Notes: generated from the sequence alone by a model not told the origin. 64,000 nt of DNA from Candidatus Magasanikiibacteriota bacterium (GCA_003482855.1 DMXO01000003.1:16275-80274), one strand, 5' to 3'; positions 51,351-61,939 are shown, counted from the first letter of the stretch. Program-made: numbers and translations.

Positions 51351-52544
51351 CTAGACCGTCTCTTTATACTCTTTTATTTTAAGCAAACCTTCTTTGAGCT
51401 CGTCTTCGCTCTCCCCAAACGCATACCGTATATATCCTTCCTTACCAAAAGCAATTCCTGGCACAGTTGCTACACCTGCCTTATCTAATAATTCCGTACA
51501 CACCTGTTTTGAGTCTGAACTTTTTATACCAAGAGATACGATAGGCAAAAAACAGTACAGGGCCGAAGCTGGATATGAAAAATTAGTTTTAAATAATTCA
51601 TTATATATATTCATAAAAACGTTTCGCCTTTTCTGCATTGCATCTCTCACGTGTGGTATTATTGTAGAAGCATTTTGTAACGCACACAATGCCGCGTACT
51701 GACTCGCTGTAGCCACACCACTAGTCGTCTGACCTAATAAGATTGTAAGAATTTTTATAATTTCTTCTGGTCCGAATGCAAAACCGACTCGCCAGCCAGT
51801 CATAGCAAAATGTTTTGAACAACTTTGTATTACAATCACATTCTCTTTGTGTTCTTCAAACGAACCACACGATATAAATTCTCCATCATACACAAGCCCA
51901 CTGTATACTTCATCTGAAATGACAAAAATATGGTGTTCATGAGCCACGCGAAGTATATTTTCTAATTCTTGTTTTGAGTATAAGGCGCCAGTTGGATTAG
52001 AAGCATTATTCAAAATCAAGATCCTTAAATTTTGTTCAACCGCTTTTTCCAATTCCGCAATTTCTAGTTTCCAACTTGCCCCGATACCGCCAGGTTTTTC
52101 GGGGTTTCCAATTTCTTCTGTTTCTAATATAATTGGTTCCCCTCCGAAAATCTTCACCATACTCGGATATGAAACCCAATATGGTGCAATAATTCCAACT
52201 TTGTCGCCAGGCTGTATCAAAGCTTGCAATAACAAATATATACCAAACTTTCCCCCAGGTGTTATGACACATTCTGACACTTCATAATTCGCATAATACG
52301 TTGCATTAAGCCAGTCGGTAGCTTGTTCTCTTAGTTCTGGAATACCTGCCACTGGCGGATAGTGTGTTTTGCCATCTCTCATTGCTTTCATTACCGCTTC
52401 AATAACAATATCTGGCGTATCTATCATGGGTTCTCCCGCGCTTAAATTATATATACGCTCGCCCTTCTTCTTTTTCTCCATTGCTAAAGTATTTATTGCG
52501 ACGGTGGCTGATTGTTCAAGTTGTAGATGGCTCCTGAGATCCAT
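51351..52544 (-). CDS. pyridoxal-phosphate-dependent aminotransferase, class I (aspartate/aromatic)
   Basis: NLSAGEP and the SKxFAMTGWR(V)G Lys-region. Confidence 0.85.
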   Translation of the reverse strand: MDLRSHLQLEQSATVAINTLAMEKKKKGERIYNLSAGEPMIDTPDIVIEAVMKAMRDGKTHYPPVAGIPELREQATDWLNATYYANYEVSECVITPGGKFGIYLLLQALIQPGDKVGIIAPYWVSYPSMVKIFGGEPIILETEEIGNPEKPGGIGASWKLEIAELEKAVEQNLRILILNNASNPTGALYSKQELENILRVAHEHHIFVISDEVYSGLVYDGEFISCGSFEEHKENVIVIQSCSKHFAMTGWRVGFAFGPEEIIKILTILLGQTTSGVATASQYAALCALQNASTIIPHVRDAMQKRRNVFMNIYNELFKTNFSYPASALYCFLPIVSLGIKSSDSKQVCTELLDKAGVATVPGIAFGKEGYIRYAFGESEDELKEGLLKIKEYKETV

Positions 52545-52545
52545 A

Positions 52546-53172
52546 TTACCTCTTACTCAACGCAACTTTTAATCCCAAGGCGACAAGCAAACCGCCAAAC
52601 GTTTTATTAAATATATTTTGATATTTTTCAAACACACTACGAACTTTATTATGTGTCAAAATAGTTGCTACAAAAGAAAACCATAGCATTGTTTGAAGAA
52701 TAACAATAACACCAATTATACCAAGCACATACGATGGTGTGTTTGCTGGAATCATGAGCGTAAAAAGTCCTAAAAAAAGCAGAGAAACTTTTGGATTAAG
52801 TACATTTGTCAGAAAACCGCTCCGAACCCCACCCCATGCTGACATAGTATCTAATTTCTTTTCAACTTCTACATCAAATTTTTTTGACTTTGACATAAAT
52901 GAACGAATACCAATGTAGATAAGATACCCAGCCCCTAGTAACTTAATGCTATTAAACAAGATTATTGATTGAGAAATGATAAATGCAATACCCGCAAGAC
53001 AATACAGCACATGTACACCAATACCAAGTCCGAATCCAACTGCTGTCCAAATTCCTACTTTACGTGAATGTGCGAGAGAATTTTTTACAACCATAACAAA
53101 ATCTGGACCAGGACTGATAGCCGCGAGGAGATGTATACCTGCGACTGTAACAATAAGTGTTATGTAATTCAT
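52546..53172 (-). CDS. LysE/RhtB-family amino-acid exporter
   Basis: AISPGPDF N-terminal motif. Six TM segments. Confidence 0.7.
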   Translation of the reverse strand: MNYITLIVTVAGIHLLAAISPGPDFVMVVKNSLAHSRKVGIWTAVGFGLGIGVHVLYCLAGIAFIISQSIILFNSIKLLGAGYLIYIGIRSFMSKSKKFDVEVEKKLDTMSAWGGVRSGFLTNVLNPKVSLLFLGLFTLMIPANTPSYVLGIIGVIVILQTMLWFSFVATILTHNKVRSVFEKYQNIFNKTFGGLLVALGLKVALSKR

Positions 53173-53181
53173 AAAAAAATA

Positions 53182-53445
53182 TTATTTTTGTAATCGTTTT
53201 GACTCTTCAATTATAAATTCAAATAACTTATTCAAAAATTCTTGATCTACACCAAACTCGTCCCCCAACTTTCTATAAAATTCAAACAATCTCTGTTCTC
53301 TATCTTTGTCTTGAATACTCATGCCTGATTCTTTTTTTATTTTTCCAATCTGTTTTGCAAGTTCAAAACGCTTGGCAAGTAGCTCAATAATTGAATGGTC
53401 AGTGTCATTTATTTTATTTCGTAATTGTTGTAAATTATTGTTCAT
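53182..53445 (-). CDS. chorismate mutase (AroQ class, type II)
   Basis: LRNKINDTDHSIIELLAKRFELAKQIGKIK pattern. 87 aa. Confidence 0.7.
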   Translation of the reverse strand: MNNNLQQLRNKINDTDHSIIELLAKRFELAKQIGKIKKESGMSIQDKDREQRLFEFYRKLGDEFGVDQEFLNKLFEFIIEESKRLQK

Positions 53446-54154
53446 ATGATTGAATATTATTGCCTAACTTTTGTAACGCTTGTATCAGCTCTTCTCTGAC
53501 TTCCTTTGCGTACGGATTAAATCTTTGCATATCAAGAAACAACTGCAGGGTGTCATTTGTAACCAAGTCATTTATCCGCAGTAATGACTGATAATCTGGC
53601 GTAGAAATTTCCTGATCCTGTAAATCTAATTCTGCAAGTCCCCTGCCCAAAAAATGTACCAGGGCTTGTGATCGCGCCATTTGTCTATCATGCTCTTCGG
53701 GTGTAGCATGAATGATTTTGAATTTCATTTTTTCAAACATTTTTTCAAACATATTCAGCTGCTCTTCCGTTACCCTAACTGGTGAAACAACAATCTTTTG
53801 GCCTTCGATGCCTAGTCGTTTTACTGAGTCGGGACCAAATAGTGGGTGCGTGGCAATTATTGGCTGGGTATGTCTCAATTCAAAAAGCATGTCTTCGACA
53901 GGTTTCACTTTTACCGAACAGGCGTCTACCACAATAGTTTTGGGGTCGAGTTTATCCGTAATTTCCTTACACACATTTTTTATTTCAGAAATTGGTACAA
54001 GTAAAAATAATACATCAACATTCAAAACGTCATCGACTTTTCCTTTTTCCTTTTTCCTTTTTCCCTTATCACATATCGCAACATCACCGAACTCTTTCAT
54101 CAGCCCGGCCCACAATGTCCCAAATCGTCCATGTCCTATGATACCTATTTTCAT
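53435..54154 (-). CDS. tyrA: prephenate/arogenate dehydrogenase
   Basis: MKIGIIGHGRFG Rossmann motif. Confidence 0.8.
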   Translation of the reverse strand: MKIGIIGHGRFGTLWAGLMKEFGDVAICDKGKRKKEKGKVDDVLNVDVLFLLVPISEIKNVCKEITDKLDPKTIVVDACSVKVKPVEDMLFELRHTQPIIATHPLFGPDSVKRLGIEGQKIVVSPVRVTEEQLNMFEKMFEKMKFKIIHATPEEHDRQMARSQALVHFLGRGLAELDLQDQEISTPDYQSLLRINDLVTNDTLQLFLDMQRFNPYAKEVREELIQALQKLGNNIQSYEQ

Positions 54155-54159
54155 ATTAA

Positions 54160-54729
54160 TTATTCTCTATTCTTTACAACGATGAATGTTGTAAGATTGG
54201 GATGCTCATCTTGAATTCCACGATCTAACAAATCCAACTTATAAATCTGTGCGCTCCGAGCTGGAGCAATCACTGCAGTTTCACGAGGTAACACTCCTTC
54301 TGCTAAATCTTTTGCTGCTTTTGCGGTGTCTTCCCATTCTAGTAATTTTGCATTTGGGAACTCACGTTTGATATATCGTTCACATTGAGAAATTGCTTGG
54401 GGATGCGTGGCAATTTGTCTTATATCTTCTTTTTTCACGCCAGACAAAACTATAATACACTGGTACACTTCAAACCATAATTCATCTACCATAGTAAACA
54501 AATATTTTCCCATTGCTTCAAATGCCGTCTGCACAAGCCCACCGCGAGAATTTACCACAGGAAAAATACCATATTCAGCTCGGCCTTCAGTTACGGCTTT
54601 CAAAACGCCTTCCATATCTATAGCAAATAAAATCTCTGGATTATCCCAACCTTGCCGTTGTGCATACAAAAGTCCTGCTTCTTCTGAAAATGATCCTTGA
54701 TCGCCAGAAACGGCTATTCTGATACTCAT
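54160..54729 (-). CDS. pheA: prephenate dehydratase (no ACT domain)
   Basis: N-terminal PDT domain beginning IRIAVSGDQGSFSEEA. 189 aa. Confidence 0.8.
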   Translation of the reverse strand: MSIRIAVSGDQGSFSEEAGLLYAQRQGWDNPEILFAIDMEGVLKAVTEGRAEYGIFPVVNSRGGLVQTAFEAMGKYLFTMVDELWFEVYQCIIVLSGVKKEDIRQIATHPQAISQCERYIKREFPNAKLLEWEDTAKAAKDLAEGVLPRETAVIAPARSAQIYKLDLLDRGIQDEHPNLTTFIVVKNRE

Positions 54730-55763
54730 ATTTTATTTACTTTACTAAGTAAGTAATGATCCACGAGCACTAGTGCCACCATCGCCTCTACAATCACGGG
54801 CGCGCGCAATGCAACACATGGATCATGCCGACCATGAACTTGGATGTCAACTTCCTGGCCATTCGTATCTACTGTTTTTTGTGCTTTAACGATACTTGAT
54901 GTTGGTTTGAATGCTACTCGCAATACAATATCTTCCCCATTTGATATACCTCCCACAATCCCACCAGCATGATTAGTTTTAGTCCTCACCTTTCCATCTC
55001 TCATTTCTAACTCATCATTATTTTCCGAACCCTTCTTTTCTACGCACGCAAATCCATCACCGATCTCTACACCCTTTGCGGCAGGTATGGTCATAAGTGC
55101 ATGTGCCAAATCTGCGGATAATTTATTAAACACTGGCTCGCCAAGCCCCACAGGAACATTTTTAGCAACAACCTCCACAACTCCACCCACAGAATCACCA
55201 TCTTTGCGAGCTTCTTCAATTTCTTCAATATATCTTTCTTCAAATTTTTTTCCTTTATTTTCGTATTCTACATTTCTTTTAATCTTTCCTACCTGGATAA
55301 TCTCAGCATTTACTTCAACCCCTATTCGTTGCAACAGTGCCTTCGCCACCGCTCCTGCCGCCACTCTCCCAATTGTTTCTCGTGCAGATGCCCGTCCTCC
55401 GCCTCGCCAATCGCGAAAACCGTACTTCATATCATACACATAATCAGCATGGCCTGGACGATATGTGTCTTTTATTCCTTCGTAACTTACAGACTGTGCG
55501 TCTCCGTTGCGTATAAGCAACGCAATAGGTGTGCCCAATGTTTTCCCATCAAAAATGCCCGATAAAATTTCTACCTGATCTTTCTCTTTTCGTTGCGAAG
55601 TTAGATTACTTTGCCCAGGTCTGCGTCTGTCTAATTCTTTTTGAATATCTTCCCTTGTAATTTCTAATCCTGCAGGACATCCGTCAATCACAACACCGAC
55701 CCCAACGCCATGTGATTCGCCGAATGTCGTTATTTTAAATATATTTCCAAAAATGTTACTCAT
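54726..55763 (-). CDS. aroC: chorismate synthase
   Basis: N-terminal FGESHG. Confidence 0.9.
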   Translation of the reverse strand: MSNIFGNIFKITTFGESHGVGVGVVIDGCPAGLEITREDIQKELDRRRPGQSNLTSQRKEKDQVEILSGIFDGKTLGTPIALLIRNGDAQSVSYEGIKDTYRPGHADYVYDMKYGFRDWRGGGRASARETIGRVAAGAVAKALLQRIGVEVNAEIIQVGKIKRNVEYENKGKKFEERYIEEIEEARKDGDSVGGVVEVVAKNVPVGLGEPVFNKLSADLAHALMTIPAAKGVEIGDGFACVEKKGSENNDELEMRDGKVRTKTNHAGGIVGGISNGEDIVLRVAFKPTSSIVKAQKTVDTNGQEVDIQVHGRHDPCVALRAPVIVEAMVALVLVDHYLLSKVNKI

Positions 55764-56893
55764 ATTAGTAAGGATTCTTTAATAATCTTTTCATCGACAC
55801 TATGTACAAAATTATTTTTTTCTTTATAAAACTCACCAATTCCTTTCAACAACACGAATCTCGCTTCTCCATCTTTTGCTTTTTTATCCAACCTAATCTC
55901 TCTCAAAATATCTTTCCAGCCAAAGGCTGGTCCGCCTTTGGCGGAAATATCCCAATATCCCAATATCTTAATATCCAATATTTTTTTCAAAAAATTTTCA
56001 ATTTCAATATAATCTTCCTCATCCAATACCCCCATCAACATAGAAATTCTTGCTTCAACCAACATCCCCAATCCTACGGCTTCACCGTGCATCAATTCAT
56101 ACTTACTTAACTTTTCAATCGCATGCCCGATTGTATGTCCAAAATTCAAAATACTCCGTTCCCCTTTTTCTCGTTCGTCTCTCATCACCACTCTTGCCTT
56201 AATTTCAACTGCGCGAGTAATTATTTTTTCTAATACATGTAAATCTAAATCTAAAATATTTTTTATATTTTTTCTTACATATTCAAACATCTCTATGTCA
56301 TGCGTTAAAAACATTTTTATGGCTTCCAACAATCCATTAATAATATGCTTGCGAGGAAGTGTTTCTACAACTCCTGGAGTAATAAAAACTGCAACTGGTT
56401 GCCAAAATGAGCCAATCAAATTTTTACCATACTTCGTGTCTATTCCCGTCTTTCCACCCACCGAACTATCCACCATTGCAAGCAATGTTGTTGGGATTTG
56501 AATATACGAAATACCGCGCATATAGGTGGAGGCGACATAGCCTGCGACATCACCAACTACTCCGCCACCAAGTGCGATAATAAGAGTATCACGGCTACAC
56601 GCGAGTTTGAACATTTCGTTGTGCAAATGAGTAACGATTTTTTGTGTTTTGCTTTTTTCGCCATGAGAAAAATGAAAAATATTGGATATTGGATATTGGA
56701 TATTATTTTTTAAATCTTTCAACAATTTATCGCCGTATAATTTCCTTACCTTACTATCAGTAATAATAACAATATGTGAGACATCTTGTTTTTTTATAAA
56801 CTGAATCAAAGGCTTCAACAAACCATTTCCAATTACAATATCATATTGTCTATGTGCGCTTGGTAAATTTATTTTTATTTGTTTATTTTTCAT
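55760..56893 (-). CDS. aroB: 3-dehydroquinate synthase
   Basis: GGGVVGDVAGYVASTYMRGI and GHTIGHAIE motifs. Confidence 0.9.
   Translation of the reverse strand: MKNKQIKINLPSAHRQYDIVIGNGLLKPLIQFIKKQDVSHIVIITDSKVRKLYGDKLLKDLKNNIQYPISNIFHFSHGEKSKTQKIVTHLHNEMFKLACSRDTLIIALGGGVVGDVAGYVASTYMRGISYIQIPTTLLAMVDSSVGGKTGIDTKYGKNLIGSFWQPVAVFITPGVVETLPRKHIINGLLEAIKMFLTHDIEMFEYVRKNIKNILDLDLHVLEKIITRAVEIKARVVMRDEREKGERSILNFGHTIGHAIEKLSKYELMHGEAVGLGMLVEARISMLMGVLDEEDYIEIENFLKKILDIKILGYWDISAKGGPAFGWKDILREIRLDKKAKDGEARFVLLKGIGEFYKEKNNFVHSVDEKIIKESLLI
55916..55985. repeat. composite in-frame repeat inside aroB: GC palindrome (gccaaaggc-tggtcc-gcctttggc + cggaaat) followed by ccaatatc tandem octamers
   Basis: The palindrome half tccgcctttggcggaaat is about 16/18 identical to the uvrD element. 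It encodes ...SAKGGPAFGW... An inverted copy of the octamer block lies at 56673..56712. Confidence 0.55.
56673..56712. repeat. gatattgg tandem octamers inside aroB (inverted relative to 55946..55985)
   Basis: aatattggatattggatattggatatt encodes ...NNIQYPISNI... Confidence 0.5.
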
Positions 56894-56930
56894 ATATGCT
56901 TAAGTGCCGATGTACTTCTGTGCTTGAGTG

Positions 56931-57968
56931 TTAGAGTCTAGAAGCCAATTCCTTCACCAACTTCTCTGTCTGCTCCCATCCTAAACACGGATCAGTAATA
57001 GAAAGTCCACTCATATCAATATCTTGCGCTTCTTTCCCATCAACTTTTTGGTTTCCAGGTTTGATAAAACTTTCAATCAAAAATCCTTTCACCATATGTT
57101 TTAATTCTGGGAAATCATGCAAATTACTGACAACTTCATGAACTACCTGAATCTGGCGTTCCAAACTTTTTGTACCATGTATCATACAATTATCATGACT
57201 TGCATCTATCACAATAGCTGGATTCTTCACTTTCTGATCTTCCATTAATTTTTTGGCGCGCATAATATGCTCTATATGATAATTTGGCCCATCTACTCCA
57301 CCACGAAGCACAAGGTGAGCGAACTCATTGCCATGCGTTTCAACTTGATTGCCATGAAATACGGCAATATGTGGGTGTTGCGCGGCAATAACGCTATTCA
57401 CGCCAATATCTACTGCTCCGCTTGTTGGATTTTTCATACCTACGGCCGCGTCAATCGCTGACGCAAAAATACGATGCTCTTGGTCTTCAGCACTTCGGGC
57501 GCCAACGGCAACCCATGATAATAATTCAAGAAACCCTTTTGCATTATGCGTAAATAATGCTTCATCTGCAATGGGAAGTCCCATTTCAAGCACGGTAACC
57601 ATAAGTTTGCGGGCATATGCGATTCCTTTTTCAATATCTGCGGGAGCAAATAAATCTGGCTGATTTACGGGGCCAGTCCAACCTTTTGTTGTACGGGGTT
57701 TTTGAATGTACACGCGCAAAATCAATTTCAGTTTGTCTTCAACTTCGGCACTTAGCTGTTTCAACTTTTCTGCATATTGAATCACCGCATCAAACGGCCA
57801 CGCAGAACACGGACCCACGACCACAATCAATCTGTTGTCTTTGCCAGCAAGAATATCTTTCACTTCTTGCTTGTCTCTTTCAATTCTTTCACACGCGTGT
57901 TCTGACAAAGGAAAATTTTGGATAATTTCTTCAGTAGTTGGTAATTTTTTTATGATATTCATTCTCAT
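56931..57968 (-). CDS. aroG: 3-deoxy-7-phosphoheptulonate (DAHP) synthase, class I
   Basis: LIVVVGPCS and KPRTTKGWTG motifs. Confidence 0.85.
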   Translation of the reverse strand: MRMNIIKKLPTTEEIIQNFPLSEHACERIERDKQEVKDILAGKDNRLIVVVGPCSAWPFDAVIQYAEKLKQLSAEVEDKLKLILRVYIQKPRTTKGWTGPVNQPDLFAPADIEKGIAYARKLMVTVLEMGLPIADEALFTHNAKGFLELLSWVAVGARSAEDQEHRIFASAIDAAVGMKNPTSGAVDIGVNSVIAAQHPHIAVFHGNQVETHGNEFAHLVLRGGVDGPNYHIEHIMRAKKLMEDQKVKNPAIVIDASHDNCMIHGTKSLERQIQVVHEVVSNLHDFPELKHMVKGFLIESFIKPGNQKVDGKEAQDIDMSGLSITDPCLGWEQTEKLVKELASRL

Positions 57969-57984
57969 ACTGTTCAGTTCTTAT

Positions 57985-58776
57985 TTATAAAATTATAATT
58001 TTTTTCATTTCCTCAGTATACTTTGCGATGTCTATTTTCATGTCTTTCCACAATTCAATTTGTCGTAATCCCTGTGCCACAAACATATCTAATCCTGAAA
58101 TTGTTTGTGCCCCAACTAACCCTGCATCTTTTAACAACTTCGTTTCAATAGGATTGTAGACTATATCAAATACAATATGATGTGATTGTAAAAATGACTC
58201 TGGCACGGAACTTTGGTCAACACTTGGATATATACCAATAGGTGTTGTATTAATTATTACATCAATATCTTCTGGTTTAATTTCTTCCCATGTTACAGAT
58301 CTTCCCCCAAAACTTTTAACTAGCCCTTCTGCTTTTTCTTTTGTCCTATTTACCATTAACACATTACCTTGCTGCTGTTGCAAAACATACACAACGCTTC
58401 TTGCTACTCCACCCGCACCGATAACCAACACATTTTTATTTTTTAATTCAATATTTCGCAGTGCATATTCAATACCATACACATCAGTATTATAGCCAAA
58501 CAATTTTCCATTTCTATTTATTATTGTATTTACTGAACGTGTTCTTCCTGCAACCTCATCAAATTTTTCTACCAGATTAATACATATTTCTTTATACGGC
58601 ATAGTAATTGCAGACAATTCATATGGAACATTCAATATATGTTTAGTAATCTGTGAGATTCCACCACACTCATCTCTTACCAATTCTGCGTCTATCCCAA
58701 GCCGTTTGTACATTTCATTGTGCAATATAGGGCTTAAGCTATGTGTTAATGGAAATCCTATTACTGCGTTATGCAT
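57985..58776 (-). CDS. aroE: shikimate dehydrogenase
   Basis: Start set at the internal Met (58774-58776), giving AVIGFPLTHSLSPILHN. NADP-binding GAGGVA. Confidence 0.8.
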   Translation of the reverse strand: MHNAVIGFPLTHSLSPILHNEMYKRLGIDAELVRDECGGISQITKHILNVPYELSAITMPYKEICINLVEKFDEVAGRTRSVNTIINRNGKLFGYNTDVYGIEYALRNIELKNKNVLVIGAGGVARSVVYVLQQQQGNVLMVNRTKEKAEGLVKSFGGRSVTWEEIKPEDIDVIINTTPIGIYPSVDQSSVPESFLQSHHIVFDIVYNPIETKLLKDAGLVGAQTISGLDMFVAQGLRQIELWKDMKIDIAKYTEEMKKIIIL

Positions 58777-58820
58777 ACTAAGTTCATAATTTTGTAAGCA
58801 TTGTAAGCCTCGCAAGCATT

Positions 58821-59249
58821 TTAAGCCTTAATTAATAATTTTAAACCCTCAATATACCCCAACTCTTTTTTGCCACTAATCTTTGCAATACACGCTGGCG
58901 CAGTGACAGAAATCTTTCTCCACTCTTCACGATTTTCCACATCAGACAAATGGACTTCCACGCACGGCAACTCAGTATCAAACAATGCATCATGCAAAGC
59001 ATAACTATAATGCGTCAACGCGCCTGGATTGATAATAATCCCATTTGCTTTCTCACTATGCTGTTGTATCCAATCAATCAATGTGCCTTCATGATTTGAC
59101 TGAAACGTTTCAATTTCAATCTCATATTTAGTTGCCTCTCCTGTAACTAAGTCTTCAATATTTTTCAATGTCAAATCACCATAGTGATTTTTATCTCGCT
59201 TGCCTAGTAAATTCAAATTTGGTCCATGTATCAACAATATTTTTTTCAT
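58821..59249 (-). CDS. aroQ: 3-dehydroquinate dehydratase, type II
   Basis: ILLIHGPNLNLLGKRD signature. Confidence 0.85.
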   Translation of the reverse strand: MKKILLIHGPNLNLLGKRDKNHYGDLTLKNIEDLVTGEATKYEIEIETFQSNHEGTLIDWIQQHSEKANGIIINPGALTHYSYALHDALFDTELPCVEVHLSDVENREEWRKISVTAPACIAKISGKKELGYIEGLKLLIKA

Positions 59250-59258
59250 AATTATGTT

Positions 59259-59795
59259 TTACACGTTACAAGTTGTAGGAAGAACAGATTTTATTTCCTC
59301 TACTGCTTCCCTAATGGATGTATTATTCATGACCGTCATATGCGCAAGTGACTCGAACAATGGTTCGCGCTCATCCCATATTTGTTTGAATGCGTCAAAC
59401 GGATTCATATTTTCTGGAAAAAAAGCAGGCTTCCCATTTACCATGATACGTTCAAATACAATACCACGAGGAGCTGTCACATGAATCACGGTGTGTTGTT
59501 TAATGATTTCTCTATTATGTTCACTAAGCGGAGTTCCCCCGCCTACTGATATCACCTGCTGTGTTCCTGACAATACTACCTTATGTAATGCTTCTTGTTC
59601 AAGTCTACGCACAGTTTCCATTCCTTTATCAAATCCTATTTGTCTACAAGATAAAAACTCGCCGCTCTGCTCCTGGTGCAGTTGTTCTACCTTGTCATCA
59701 AGATCAACATGTTGAATATTTAAACTCTCTGCAAGTTTAGCACCTATTGCCGACTTGCCAGTGTGTTTAAAACCGATTAAGATTATGTGTTTCAT
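59259..59795 (-). CDS. aroK: shikimate kinase
   Basis: GFKHTGKS P-loop. Confidence 0.85.
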   Translation of the reverse strand: MKHIILIGFKHTGKSAIGAKLAESLNIQHVDLDDKVEQLHQEQSGEFLSCRQIGFDKGMETVRRLEQEALHKVVLSGTQQVISVGGGTPLSEHNREIIKQHTVIHVTAPRGIVFERIMVNGKPAFFPENMNPFDAFKQIWDEREPLFESLAHMTVMNNTSIREAVEEIKSVLPTTCNV

Positions 59796-59838
59796 ACATT
59801 TAGTAAAAAGTCTATTATATTCGTTAAAATCCGTTAGA

Positions 59839-61164
59839 CTAGTTAGGTTTGCGTTCTATTTTAGCACCCAACTGTTGCATCACCTCAACATAATCCGGAA
59901 ATGTCTTACTAATCTCTTCTGCCGTGTCAATAATCGTATCGCCCTCTGCGATCATACCTGCGAGGCTTAAGGACATAATGGTTCTATGGTCCTGGTAGCC
60001 ATGCAATACACTACCATATAAATAACTTTTTTCAACTATGAGCCCGTCTTCTCTTTCTTCAATTTTTGCACCCATTTTTTGGAGTTCAGTTGCCATAGAA
60101 TGTATACGATCTGTTTCTTTTATGCGTGCCTGTGGCACATTCACTATTTCAGTCTTCCCTTCTGCATATGTACCAAGTACCGCAAGTGTTGGAACCATAT
60201 CAGGAATATCATTTGCATCAATTATTTTACCCTGCAATGGTTTACCGCCGTGAATAACCAATTCATTTTCTCTAATTTCAATATCTGCGCCCATATCTTG
60301 CAATATATATATTAATCTCTTGTCGCCCTGCTGTTCATTTATATCTATTCCTTTCAAAACTACTTCTCCTGGAACCATACACGCCGCGGCAAGTGGATAT
60401 GAAAGTGAAGAAAAATCTACAGAAATTTGTTTTGTAAACGCATGATATTCTTGTTCTGCTTTAACTCGATACACGTCTTCATTTTCAATTTGTTCATGGG
60501 AATAATTAATTCCCTGTTCACCCAACCACGCAAGTGTTATGTCTACATATGGTCGTTCATTGAGATTTTTTACATGAATCTCCATATCATTCTTCGCATA
60601 ACATGCGGACAGTAGTAAAGCGGAAACGTATTGTGAGGTAGTTCCATCTGCTTCAACTTTCCCACCTTGCAATTGTCCGGATATCTTCAAAGGGCAATGG
60701 CCACTCTGCGATGTGATGTTCATTCCTAATGTTTGCAATGCGTCTATAAGTGATTTGAGTGGTCGCTGTTTCATTTGTTCTCCGCAATCTAAAATAATTT
60801 CTTCATCAAAATTAGCTCTCAAACCCAATACGGGCATAATAAATCTCGTAGTTATGCCAGAATTTTGTGCATACAATTTTTTGGAAATAACATTCAAAGG
60901 AACTCCGTTACTTTCGACAATCAAAGAATTATTTTCACTTGTAATCTTTGCCCCCAAGCCTCTACACACATCAATCGCTCCCCGTGTGTCATCCGACTCC
61001 AGTGGATTTATAAGTATACTTCTTCCCTTTGCCAAAGTCGCCAAAATTAAAGCTCGTATGGTTTGAGATTTGGATGATGGAGGAATAATGCTCCCATCTA
61101 ACCTTTCAGTTTTATTAATTATTAATTTCATAGGTAATGAGTTTATATCTTCAGTGTAATCCAT
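59839..61164 (-). CDS. aroA: 3-phosphoshikimate 1-carboxyvinyltransferase (EPSP synthase)
   Basis: PSSKSQTIRAL motif. The true start may be the internal Met at 61129-61131. Confidence 0.9.
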   Translation of the reverse strand: MDYTEDINSLPMKLIINKTERLDGSIIPPSSKSQTIRALILATLAKGRSILINPLESDDTRGAIDVCRGLGAKITSENNSLIVESNGVPLNVISKKLYAQNSGITTRFIMPVLGLRANFDEEIILDCGEQMKQRPLKSLIDALQTLGMNITSQSGHCPLKISGQLQGGKVEADGTTSQYVSALLLSACYAKNDMEIHVKNLNERPYVDITLAWLGEQGINYSHEQIENEDVYRVKAEQEYHAFTKQISVDFSSLSYPLAAACMVPGEVVLKGIDINEQQGDKRLIYILQDMGADIEIRENELVIHGGKPLQGKIIDANDIPDMVPTLAVLGTYAEGKTEIVNVPQARIKETDRIHSMATELQKMGAKIEEREDGLIVEKSYLYGSVLHGYQDHRTIMSLSLAGMIAEGDTIIDTAEEISKTFPDYVEVMQQLGAKIERKPN

Positions 61165-61403
61165 TTTAATCTGTCCTAAATCAATGCTAATTAAAAGAAC
61201 CTCATCACTGAGGCTCTTGAACTATTTTTAGGTAGAACAAACAAGAACGCTCAGCTTAGAGGTTTCCAAAAAAATAGAAATAAAAATTTGCAGCGCTTGT
61301 ATGTTTCATAATGGACGTACTATATCGCGACTAGAAAGTAATGTCAAAATGGCATGTGGATAAAACAATATTTATATTTCTTTCCATGCAACTCATCCTC
61401 CTG

Positions 61404-61432
61404 TTCTCCTTCTCTTAAAAAGAGAAGGAGAA
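61404..61432. other. perfect 12-13 bp hairpin (ttctccttctctt-aaaa-agagaaggagaa) in the 370-nt leader upstream of the aro operon
   Basis: Read directly. Followed by a G-rich segment. Candidate attenuator or regulatory RNA structure. Confidence 0.35.
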
Positions 61433-61533
61433 ACGCTCTAAAAAGTGAGTTTCAAGTAAAACATTCCCATCTCTTCGTAAGAGGGGGGCTAGGGGTGAGT
61501 TGCGTTGCAAAAATACTTACATTTATTTACTAT

Positions 61534-61938
61534 CTACTCCAACTTAGAAAGTTCTATTCTAATCCTCTCCTTTCTACCAGCCACATAATGCCTCGTTGTC
61601 TTTCTATTAAAAGAATCGCCCGATAATGCCGTAGTTAAAATAAACTGCTTCAGTAATTTCATAGGCAAGTCTTTTCGCCGTAAATATACTTTTACTTCAT
61701 CACTCATATAATCAATCAGCATACACGGCACTTTTGTATATCCTAATTTCTTCAATGCCTTCACCCGATGATGACCATCAAGAATTACATGCGTATCTTT
61801 TTCAACAACAATCGGCTTAACGAATTCACCTTTTTTTCTAATCAATTCAACAACTTCTTTCACTCGTTTGGTAGATGTTTTTTCATGAGTTTTTAGATCT
61901 TGAATTTCTAGAAGGACAACATGTTTGTTCATATACAA
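61534..61938 (-). CDS. ParB/sulfiredoxin-like nuclease-domain protein
   Basis: VILDGHHRVKAL (DGHHR) motif. Confidence 0.55.
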   Translation of the reverse strand: MYMNKHVVLLEIQDLKTHEKTSTKRVKEVVELIRKKGEFVKPIVVEKDTHVILDGHHRVKALKKLGYTKVPCMLIDYMSDEVKVYLRRKDLPMKLLKQFILTTALSGDSFNRKTTRHYVAGRKERIRIELSKLE

Positions 61939-61939
61939 T

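Noticed and set aside
54040-54065. ctttttcctttttcctttttccc tandem repeat inside tyrA
   Set aside because: It is a low-complexity Lys/Glu/Gly-coding run within the gene, not a separate element.
61354-61626. 90-aa plus-strand ORF in the aro-operon leader
   Set aside because: It spans the strong hairpin and a G-rich tract and overlaps the 3' end of the ParB-like gene. It is more plausibly a structured leader than a coding region.
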